DNA from: Camelus ferus
Lineage: Eukaryota
Direction: 5' to 3'
Assembly (NCBI RefSeq): GCF_009834535.1
Contig: NC_045696.1
Location: forward strand, 52,764,001 to 52,828,000
DNA length: 64,000 nt
Positions 1 through 9,761 of the stretch are shown here, in pieces (the first letter of the stretch is position 1; every line of letters begins with the position of its first letter). The position numbers and the translations under genes were made by a program. Under the pieces are notes generated by a model. That model did not search any database. It was not told the DNA's origin and worked only from the letters and a program-made list of their open reading frames with translations.

Positions 1-265
1 GCAGCTGGGAGATGGGGACATGGGTCTGGTAAAGGGGATCTGAGAATGTTGCCAACAGCATCTGTAACAAGGAGCATAGGACATCTGGAAGGCATGGGTA
101 GGGATGTAGAGGTGTTGAGAATATTTGAACAGCAATTGAGGAGAGAGATAATATTGAGAACTGGACTTTTTTGGTATCACTTTTTGCTTTGGCAGGCCAT
201 TTATAAAACCTCAAATAGTCATTATTTAATTTTTACTTCATTCACTAAAAAATCTTGAGATGTGA

Positions 266-550
266 ATATTTTTGTTTTATTTTTATTTATATTTTTTATT
301 GAGTTATAGTCAGTTTACAATGTGTGCCAATTTCTGGTGTACAGCACAATTTTTCAGTCGTACAAGAATATACATATATTCATTTTCATATTCTTTTTCA
401 CCGTGAGCTACTACAAGATCTTTAATATATTTCCCTGTGTTATACAGTATAAACTTGTTTACCTGTTCTATATATACCTTGTCAGTATCTACAGATCTCG
501 AACTCCCAGTCTGTACCTTCCCGCCACCTTCCCCACTGACAACCACAAAT
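266..550 (-). mobile_element. 5'-truncated lineage-specific L1 3' end
   Basis: T-rich tail then TTGAGTTATAGTCAGTTTACAATG, as in the other L1 3' ends here. Flanked by the direct repeat TTGAGATGTGA (255-265, 551-561), a target-site duplication (TSD). Confidence 0.85.
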
Positions 551-1974
551 TTGAGATGTGAGTAATTTAAATTTAGCAAAATGGAAAAGATCACACTGTT
601 ACTTAGGGCTCCTGATTTGGACTTCTTTCTTGAAGACAAATACAGTATGACTATCTTTTATTCTGACTAAAGGGAACCTCTTCCATAAGTCAGACTCCAG
701 AAATGTATCTTCCTGATATAATTTAAGAGTCTTACTCCAGACACTCTGCTTTCTTTCACTTTTCCAGCGATTGTGTTAAAATTCTAAAATGCCTTTAGGC
801 AGTGCCTGCTCTCTCTAATTCTCCATGGACCCCACCACTGGATTTACCTATGGCCAGATTTACACATTAATATTATCTGCCTGACTTCTTAGACATTGAG
901 TTTGCAAAGGCTGGAGAGATGCAACTGAGATCTCTCCTAGCTAGATTCTCCTCACCTGAGATACTGTGAAATGGAAGGGGAGATGCAGAGTTAATCTCTG
1001 GTCAGATGGGATTTTGAACTTTTTAGAGAGATATATAGCCTACAGAAAAGCGGAAAACAATTTCTAGGCTGAACTGCTTCTGATAGTCACTGTTAGCAAC
1101 ACTCGATATCACAATATCACTTTTCGATCCCTGACACGGCCCTTCTCAAAATCTCTCAGTGTCATAGGAGCCGTCGTTGTTTATACTGACTCCTCATCCT
1201 TCCACTCCTCCCACATATTAACTGGAAGCAATGCCTCCACAGATCTACAGATTCAGCTGCCAGCTCGGCTTAATTTAGCTGGGGGAGGGATGAGGGAGTG
1301 AGTCTACCTGACTATGACGCTAGAGTGGAAATATTCCCAAATTTTTATTTTGATACTCAGCCTTTAAAAGTTGATTTATTCATTGTAATAATGGTAAGAA
1401 AATAGTGTTAACATCATTTAATTTTATTTATTTATCCCATCTTGTTCTAAAAATAATTTAGGGCAACTATGCAAGCCAGCTAAAGTGTAATTTTTGACCT
1501 TTCTGCATATTTCTAACAGGGGAAGAAGACAGGACACTCATTTTTCATGATTTGATAAACATTTTGTATAGGGGGTGTTTAAGAAATTTTCAAGGCCAGT
1601 CAACTTGTACCTTCCTTGACTTTTGTTTTAATTTAATAAAAAAATCTCCAGGTCATTTCTGTTTCAGAAAAAAAAAAAAAAAAAACCCCACTAAGTTTCG
1701 TTCCAAAAGTTAAAAATCTTAGATTCTTTCCCAATTTTTTGTAACACTAGTTCTATTTAATTAATAAATCACTGTGTCCTTATTTTCTGATCAAAGTCAG
1801 AGACTTTACAGGAACATTCTAGGGGAGAAGCCCTCTAAATTATTTACCTTGGAAAGATTTTTTTTTCCTTTGGGAGATTGCCTTTTTTCTCCTGGGGTGT
1901 GAAAGTTACACTTGATGGGTATTTTTTTTACCCAAATCCCACATGTTAGATTAAAATCTCAGCATACTATATTC

Positions 1975-2150
1975 TTCACTTTAAATTGTAAAGTACTTCT
2001 AAATATCTTCCTTTAGTCTCCAAACAACCTGCAGTAAGTTGGGGCAGTCATGATTAGCCATATTTTTTATAGATTAGGAAACTGAGGCAAAGGAAAAGTA
2101 ACCCCTCTGAGGTCATACGACTAATTGGTAGCAAGGCTAGATACAAATCA
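1975..2150 (-). mobile_element. MIR SINE remnant
   Basis: MIR core-like TTTTATAGATTAGGAAACTGAGGC ... AGGTCATAC. Confidence 0.65.
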
Positions 2151-3809
2151 GCTTGGTTCTGGGCCTAAACTTTGAGAGAAGTAGACATGTATATGTATGT
2201 TTCAAATATCACTGGGGCCCCACCATGCGGCGCTGCCTCTGAATTTTCTCCAAGGTTAGGTTTTTGTTACTCTTTGAAATCCTTAAGTGAGTAATGTGAT
2301 AAGCAGTAGGATTATTCTCTCTCAAAGGCTCAGAAAGCAAGGAGTTGGGGGCATAGGGGATATTTGCCCTATTCTGCTGACACCAAAATGGTGCATACTG
2401 GCTCAGCGCTTTGAAAAGAACTTAAAATGTAAAACATGGCAAAAACAAAAAAAGAGCAAAATGTGACCACCCAATGCCAGTACCATGCTCCAGACTGGCA
2501 TCTGGTGCACAGCTTAAGAGGAGGGCCATGTAAGTAACAAAAGGACATGTGTGACTTAGCTACAGAATTTTTTAAAAATTACTTTTACTTTGAGCCTTTG
2601 CGGTGATGATGCTTAATATTCAAGAAAAGTGAAAATAAAAAGGGAAAGGAAGTAAACACGCTAGCCCAGTGGTGATTGGTTGAGTAATTGTGGGCGTGGC
2701 CCCAGGATGATCGCAGCTTCTATTTAATCAATGTTGACAAGGCTGGGGAGAGCTGGGCAAGTCCCAAGAGGTAATGTTTTACTCGGAAATCCACTCAACC
2801 TAATTTCAGTAATGTAGGGCTGTGGAGGGGCCTGGACGGGAGCCAGTAAACAGGGCCATTAGAGCTCAGTGTAGGCGATGGCAGCTGGGAACACCGCCAT
2901 CCCTCCAGCAGCACTGCGGCCGGGCTGCCTGGCTGAGCGCACACGCAGCGGCTGCTGCATATGCTCCTGGTATTTGCTCACCAACAGAAGGCACAGACGT
3001 GCTATTCTCACCCTCTCGAGGAAATGAATGGATGCATAAAGGCAAGAGCTGCTTCCAGAATTGATTTCAGCAAGAATCAGAGAGCCAGTTGGACATACAT
3101 CTTTCAAGGCCCACCGTGGAGTCATCCACCCGGGTCCCCTTACTCTTTTAAAGACACCACCACACTTTTTCAAATGGAGATCGAAATGATTTCCATCTTT
3201 ATCACTATCTTAATGTGGTCTTGATCTTTCTTAGGATTTTGTGGTTGCAGGTCAAGAATGTGAAAACTACTAGAGTTCTCCATATTTCACAATTTACCAG
3301 ATTCATTAGCACTACTCAACTTTGCAAATCCAGAAATGGCCCAGGAGAAAGAACGCTCTTTAGGACCCAGCTGTTCTGACCTAGCTATTACTTTTCCCCT
3401 CACTACCCCTTCTCCCACAAACAATACACATGACAGTAATCACTAGCATGTAAGTTCCAAGAATGCAGAGATTTTTGCTTGGTGTTTTCATTCCTCTATC
3501 ACCATTGCATTGCATGACACAGTGTGTGGTACGTAATTAAGGCCCGGGACCTTTTCCTGAATAAATAAATGAGTGAATGAATGAGTACATTTTCTCTTCC
3601 CTTTTGAAGCATCCTTCAACTCTAGAGCATGAAGAATACATGGCTTTACTGTCCATGATGAACGTTCTCTTTTTAAGGTAACACAGACCAGTTTTTAGAC
3701 TGCACGGTCTCTAGGCCTGCACACCCGTGGATCCCCTGCTCTGAGCCCACTGGGCAAAGGGGCGGGCAAAGAGAGCAATCTAAAACAGACACCACCTGGA
3801 TGTTCTGTC

Positions 3810-3995
3810 CTAGGTTGAAATTCACTGCTGCCCTTCATGAACAGTGTGGCCTTAGATATGTTACTTTATCTTATTGTGCATCAGCCTCTCCAGCTGTGAA
3901 ATGGGATGATTAAGGTAGCTGTGAGGATTAATGAAATGACACAAGTGTGCTTAGAACTGTTCTAAACATATAGTAAGGGCACAAGTATGTTAGCT
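3810..3995 (+). mobile_element. MIR SINE remnant
   Basis: GTGCATCAGCCTCTCCAGCTGTGAAATGGGATGATT ... GTGAGGATTAATGAAAT matches the MIR core. Confidence 0.7.
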
Positions 3996-4809
3996 ACAGC
4001 TAAACACTTTATACAAGGGGTTGGGAAAGCCATCATGCATGGTTCTTTCCGGGCAGTGAGCCTGCTGAATAGAACAAGCAGGAAAATGTAGATGTATAAC
4101 CATATGCTCAACATGATTTATTAGCTGCCCTGACTTGTCTAGAGTTGACACTAATGGAACAGGGAGCAAGTTAGCAATATCCAGAAGCTCTCTCTGGCAT
4201 CCAGTCTCCATTGGACCAATTTATACATAACTAAGATTGTGTTCATAAAAAGTTCCCCTTTGTCTGAGGTTAAAACTTACCCCAAATTCAAGTGTGGTCT
4301 CCCATCAGAGTAGATCTAGCTAGAGCAGGTGTGTGGTCCACATCTGATGACTGTCTCCTTCATTTGTATGTAAGTTTTTGGTTTTTTTTAAATATTATGA
4401 TGAGTTCTTAGCTTACTTTACTTTTGTGGTTGTGAAAGCTTGTTACTTTAGATTGTTTCCTCCTTCTATATTTTTCCCTCCCCATGAATTTCCTGGTGGC
4501 CTATAAAAATTTCACTGATTTCATGGACTTGACGTATCTTACTTATAGTAACTAATCACCCCTCCATCTAACACAAAGATGATCCTTTGTTCAATACTCA
4601 GTAACATCAAACAAGTAGGAAATTACTCTTATCTCATGTAAAATACAATGTATGTATAACTGTACATGGTCAGCTGACCCGAGTTCCAGCCAACTGATTG
4701 ATATGTTTCCTTATGGAGTCATCTAATTGAATCTTATCAGTTTTAAATTTTACATTTTGGAGCCAACAATTTGGGGGTTTTTTAATTATATTTTTTCAGC
4801 ATTCAATTT

Positions 4810-5013
4810 TTTATTTTAGTTTAGTTTTTCTTTTTTTTTTACATTATTTGTGGTTTGTGGTTTTATTGGTGGGGAGAGGTAATTAGGTTTATTTATTTAT
4901 TTACTTGCTTATTTATATAGTTATTTATTTAAAAATGGCAGTGCTGGGGGTTGAACCCAGGCCCTTGTGCATGCTAAGCTTGCACTCTACCACTGAGCTG
5001 TACCTTCCTCCCC
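4810..5013 (-). mobile_element. Camelid tRNA-derived SINE (Vic-1 type)
   Basis: Reverse strand reads GGGGAGGAAGGTACAGCTCAGTGGTAGAGTGCAAGCTTAGCATGCACAAGGGCCTGGGTTCAACCCCCAG (Pol III A and B boxes), followed by a (TAAA)n/A-rich tail. Similar to three other copies in the window. Confidence 0.85.
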
Positions 5014-5139
5014 AATTTGTTTTTAGTCTCAGAAGTTTTGTCGTTTTGTAGACTCTAGCTACCCAGTTTTAGTGCTGAAATGAATAAAACAGATTTGACC
5101 TTGACCTCCTCTGGGTGAATTTGGCCATCTCATATAATG

Positions 5140-5400
5140 GGGCGATCTGGGCAAGTAGAAGACCTGGATTTTAGTCCTGGCTTGTCGTGAGCCAACTGTG
5201 TGATTTAGGGAAAATCTCTTTATGTATCTGAACTTCAGTTTCCTCATCTATAGAATGAGGATGTCTATTCATTCTTTCATTCAGCAAATATTTATTGAGG
5301 GGCCTTTCTTGCATGGGGTTCTGTGCTGGACGTGGGGGGTTCAGAGTTGAGCAAGAGTAGACACTGTCATTACCTTTGAAGAGTTATGGTTTAGTGACTG
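5140..5400. mobile_element. MIR remnant followed by an L2 3' end
   Basis: CTTCAGTTTCCTCATCTATAGAATGAGG (MIR core) followed by ATTCATTC...TCAGCAAATATTTATTGAG (L2 tail). Confidence 0.6.
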
Positions 5401-6909
5401 GGTGATCTTAGAGGTTCCTCTCATTACTAATTCCCTCTAATTAATGGATTTCACTGTCTATTAAAGGTATATAATGAAAGGCTTAAACACAAGCAAGGAT
5501 ATTTGCTGGGTTTGTTTTTTTTTTTTTCACTTTTCTTCTCAATACCTAGAAGAATGTCTGGCACATTGCAGGAGATCAATAACAATTTATTAAACAACTA
5601 AATGCATAAATAATTATATTTCAAATACTTTGAAGCATTTGAAAGAATATGTAGCTATTGGAGCTCTTTTAATGGTGAATAGAGAGCAGTGACTTCCTGT
5701 CACAATAAACAGATGCATGTGAGGTCTCACCTCTTCTCCTGGGGCCACGCAAAGGATGACAAGAGAAAGTGAGGGAATTTGAAAGAATTTAACCATATTC
5801 CACTCGAACAGGTGATAGAAAGTGTGCTGCTTCTCAGAATTATCTGGATCTTTATTCTTTTGTTTTCCCCTTTTGAATTATGTTCCCTATTCCATAGGTA
5901 TGTCTTTATTCTCACCTTACCCACCCTACTTTCACCTTTTCACTTGAGTTTCCTAATCTCTTTCAAATCATACATAATAGCTCCCAAGTTTTTATTTTAG
6001 TAAGAGAGGTTTGAAGTCTCCTCTTGCTCCTGCAAGCTAATCCTTCTGTATTCTTCTGGATAGTTGAAATTAATATTCTGTTTCTTTTGCAGTTTGAAGA
6101 AGGCACTAAATCTGTTGTTTCTTGGAACTGGTAAGGATGGTAAACCACCTTGGGCATACTTGTAGTAGCCAAAGGTTTGGGCAGGGATAGGGAACTAAAT
6201 AAATTATCTGGAAGAATTCTAAATTACTATAAAAAGATCTAGCTGAGATAAATCTGGAACTTTTCTTCTGGTAGAAAATTAAATGATTCATTAGTGTATC
6301 AAAGTTCTGTAATCATGAGAAACACTGCTGGTACATAACATATTACAAAGACCAGCATTGAGTTAGTTTCATCCAAAAATTTTTTTTGGAAAACGTGATC
6401 AGTGTGCTGGTTCTTCAAGAGTTAATAATGGTCACCTTGGAGGGCTAAAGCCTTAAAAAAAATCTTTATAGGTAGGAGATAGCCTCACTAGAATAACTAC
6501 ATTTTGTAAATAACTTATAGTTAGTTGCAAACCCCACATAATAAATCAGACTTTACAAAACTTTGGTCAAAAGCAAGTCATTGTAAGATAAAATGACAAG
6601 TCACTGTAAGATAAAATCATAGTTGCTACCTTACCAGACTAGCTTCATTTGATTCTAAAAACATACTTCTATTTTCAAAAAATAAACATTTCCTGCTACT
6701 GAAGAGATTTAAAAGAGTATTATTAGATAGGTGTTCCAAAGAAGGAATTCCAAAAAATAGATTTAGCAACAATGGTCTTGATTAGATATAAATTTTTAGC
6801 TTTATCTGAGTATAAATATATAGCTGACTGATTTTAAAGAGACGTACATTTTTATGAGCTCTTCTGATGGTCTCCTAAAAGCCCCCCCATTTCTCTTATC
6901 TCAATATCT

Positions 6910-7426
6910 CTCAATTCTTAGAAATACTTGTTTGAAAAATTGACCCTGGGCTGGCATCTGGGATCTTTGATTTTGAGAGGGTTCTCACCATTCCCTAAGA
7001 GTGTTCAATGTGCCTAAACTCTTTGGGCAAATGGTGTGGTTTATGCTGGACACTCGTTTTCCTCCTGGGAGTCTGGATTTGGTACGTGCTAGATAGAGGG
7101 TGCCTACAGGACCAGCTTCCAGTAAAAACCCTGGGTTTGTGAGTTCTGGTGCGCTTCCCCCGTATATGACATCTCTCACGTGGCACAATTCATCGCTGGA
7201 GGAATTAAGCACATCTTATACAACTCCACGGGGAGAGGACTCTTGGAAGCTTGTTCCTGATTTCCTCCAGACTTCACCCTGTACAACTTCTCCCGTAGCT
7301 TTTTTTTTTTTTCTTTATATCCTTTCACTGTAGTAAATTGTAGCCATGAGTAGGACTATATCCTGAGTCCTGTGAGTCCTCCTGGCAAATCACTGAACCT
7401 GGCGGTAGTTTGGGGACCACGACGCA
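6910..7426 (+). mobile_element. Solo ERV LTR, MER21-like
   Basis: GGGAGAGGACTCTTGGAAGCTTG and the terminal CTGAGTCCTGTGAGTCCTCCTGGCAAATCACTGAACCTGG...GGGGACCACGACGCA resemble the recalled MER21 consensus. Confidence 0.75.
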
Positions 7427-7679
7427 GGAAGTTTAGGTTAGTAACTGATGTGATATCAGGGCAAATGAACTGTTTTTACATTAGCAGGCATATTAGTAAG
7501 CTGTCTATAGTATGAAGTCAGCTGACTGAGTTCTATCAGGAAACCAGGCAGATGAGTAATTAGAAAGTCACCTCTTTCCTGAGAGGAAAAAATAATCCTT
7601 TAAAAAGACACAAAGTCTTTCTTATTAAGCAAAACACACTTGCTTTATGGATAAGTGTATTTATTTGGAGTGTTTTTCA

Positions 7680-8120
7680 CGGCAAGAAACTAAAAACTCC
7701 TACAGTGGCTTAAAGAAGTTAGTTATTTGTCTCACTTTAATAAGAACAAGTCTGAGGAAAAGTGTCCGGAGTAACGAGGTCGATCACAAGCAGGTCTTTT
7801 CCTATCTTTCTGCTTCGCCATCCTTAGGGTATAGTTTTTGTCTTCATGGTCACAAGGTGGCTGCTACATGACCAGGCATTGTTCGATGTCACAGTCATTA
7901 GGAACAGGAGAAAGTAAAGGGCAAACACGTCCTCAGGGGACCTCCCCGGGGAACTGTCTCTCCGGCTGATTGGCCGTCACTGTGTGAAATGGACATCACC
8001 AGCTCCAGCGGGAGCTGGAAAAGCAAGTACTTCACTTTCCAGTGTTTACAATGCTGGAAATAAGGGGTGAGAGAGTTGGAATGGATGTGGAATGATCCAC
8101 GTAAAGTGTCTGTCACAATT
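7680..8120 (-). mobile_element. Old MaLR LTR (MLT1J/K/L-like)
   Basis: CAGTGGCTTAAAG... and CTTCATGGTCACAAGGTGGCTGCT are typical of old MLT1 elements. Confidence 0.55.
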
Positions 8121-8439
8121 AGTCTGACACTGATGGAAAAGAGACACAAGATCGTTGTGGATTCCCTACATTAGGAGCCTGTGTGTGGATACCCTAATGG
8201 TAAGGCTGAGGGATTGAAGACCATGACAGTTTCTCTTTAGTGGACTTCTTGCTCACGTCAGAGCTTTGTTCCTGAGCAATTTCCTGCATGTCACTGAACA
8301 ACCTTCTGGGGGCAAATGCTTCTGAACCTGGAAATTATATTACTGAGGTAGCAATAAACTCTTTTTAGCTTAAGTCTTTTATGAAGTGGTATCAAAAGAA
8401 GAAATACTTTGCTCTAAAATCTGAACAAATAAGACAAAA

Positions 8440-8488
8440 CACTAACTCTCCTCCCCCCACCCCCCACCCCATCTGTTTCCTTCCTCAG
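8440..8488 (+). promoter_or_regulatory. GAP43: Branch point, C-rich pyrimidine tract and 3' splice site of the GAP43 last exon
   Basis: CACTAAC (8440-8446), C-rich tract, TTTCCTTCCTCAG|AA. Confidence 0.85.
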
Positions 8489-8577
8489 AAGCTGTAGATG
8501 AAACCAAACCTAAGGAAAGTGCCCGGCAGGATGAGGGTAAAGGAGAAGAACGCGAGGCGGACCAAGAACATGCCTGA
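8489..8577 (+). CDS. GAP43: Terminal coding exon of growth-associated protein 43 (neuromodulin); phase-1 exon encoding (E)[28 protein letters not shown]
   Basis: Manual translation after the AG acceptor matches the known GAP-43 C-terminus (...[17 protein letters not shown]...EADQEHA). 89 coding nt, stop TGA at 8575-8577. Absent from the ORF track because it has no start codon in this frame. Confidence 0.98.
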
Positions 8578-9180
8578 ACTTTACGAAATGGCTTTCCACA
8601 CCCCCACCCTCCCCTCTCCTGAGCCCTGTCTCTCCCCGCCCTCTTCTCGGCTCCACTCTGAAGTTCCCCTTCCCGTCCTGCTCACGTCTGTGAGTCTGTC
8701 CTCTCCCACCCACTAGCCCTCTTTCTCTCTGTGTGGCAAACATTTAAAAAAAAAAAAAAAAAAAGCAGGAAAGATCCCAAGTCAAACAGTGTGGCTTAAA
8801 CATTTTTTGTTTCTTGGTGTTGTTATGGCGAGTTTTTGGTAATGATGATCCAGTCATTTGGGAAATTCTTGCACTGTATCCAAGTTTTTTGATCTGGTGC
8901 GTGTGGCCCTGTGGGAGTCCACTTTCCTCTCTCTCTCTCTCTGTTCCAAGTGTGTGTGCAATGTTCCGTTTATCTGAGGAGTCCAAAATATTGAGTGAAT
9001 TCAAAACCATTTTTCTTTTCCTCCTCTTCAATGTGATGGAATGAACAAAAAGGAAAAAAATTCAAAAACCCAGTTTGTTTTGAAAATAAATAAATAAAGC
9101 AAATGTGCCAATTAGCGTAACTTGCGGCTCTAAGGCTCCTTTTTCAATCTGAATATTAATAAACCATGAGAGTAATCAAA
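8578..9180 (+). other. GAP43: GAP43 3' UTR
   Basis: Follows the stop codon. Contains a C/U-rich segment, an A19 run and U/GU-rich elements, and ends after AATAAA signals. Confidence 0.9.
9085..9098 (+). terminator. GAP43: Proximal poly(A) signal cluster (three overlapping AATAAA)
   Basis: AATAAATAAATAAA. Confidence 0.7.
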
Positions 9181-9203
9181 CTCCAGCGGCTCTGTGTTTC
9201 TGT
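9158..9203 (+). terminator. GAP43: Distal poly(A) signal with downstream GU-rich element
   Basis: AATAAA at 9158-9163, likely cleavage ~9178-9182, TCTGTGTTTCTGT at 9191-9203. Confidence 0.85.
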
Positions 9204-9367
9204 CCCACCTTCTCATTAGCGTTGGTTTGACACATTAAAGCACCTATGTTTTGTCTCTTTTCTGGCCTCACAGTCTGACACCAACAACCTTGACCAAGAG
9301 AAGACGGATGAAGCCAAAAGCTTGGGTCAGAACTAATGGCTTAGGTCCCTGCTGGCCCTCCTGGAGC

Positions 9368-9761
9368 TATTTTATTTTGCTAGGGCTGCTTAACAAGGCA
9401 CCACAGACTGGCGGCTTAAACAATGCCAGAAATTTATTTCCGAACAGTTCTGGAGGCTTGAAGTCTAAGGTCAAGTTGTTGGCAGGATAGGTCTTTCTCA
9501 GGATTGAGAGGGAAGAATCTGTTCCCAGCCTCTCTTCCTGGCCATCTTCTTCCTATGTCTCTTCACATCACCTGTGGGTATCTCTATAGCTGAATTTTCC
9601 TTTTTTGCCATATTGGGTTAAGGCTCACCCTAATGACATCACCTTAACTTTATTACTCCAATCAAGACCCTATCTCCAAATGAGGTCGCATCCAAAGGTA
9701 TTTGGGTTTAGGATTTCAACATATGAATTAAATCAGGAAGGACACAATTCAACCCACAACA
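9368..9761 (-). mobile_element. MaLR solo LTR (MLT1B/C-like)
   Basis: GCTAGGGCTGC...CACAGACTGGCGGCTTAAAC...CAGTTCTGGAGGCTTGAAGTC...TCAACATATGAA...ACAATTCAACCCACAACA. Confidence 0.85.

Larger units (their letters stand above)
1..8488 (+). other. GAP43: Distal part of the last intron of GAP43
   Basis: Lies upstream of the AG acceptor (8487-8488) of the recognised terminal exon. No other GAP43 coding exon is seen in the window. Confidence 0.9.

Noticed and set aside
4935..5013. tRNA-like sequences here and at ~22940, ~46900 and ~60095
   Set aside because: They have A/B boxes but degenerate stems, A-rich tails and, in two cases, TSDs. They are SINEs, not tRNA genes.
8498..8716. 72-aa ATG ORF overlapping the GAP43 last exon
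   Set aside because: It is a shifted frame of the true exon running into the 3' UTR, with no recognisable homology. The authentic frame stops at 8577.
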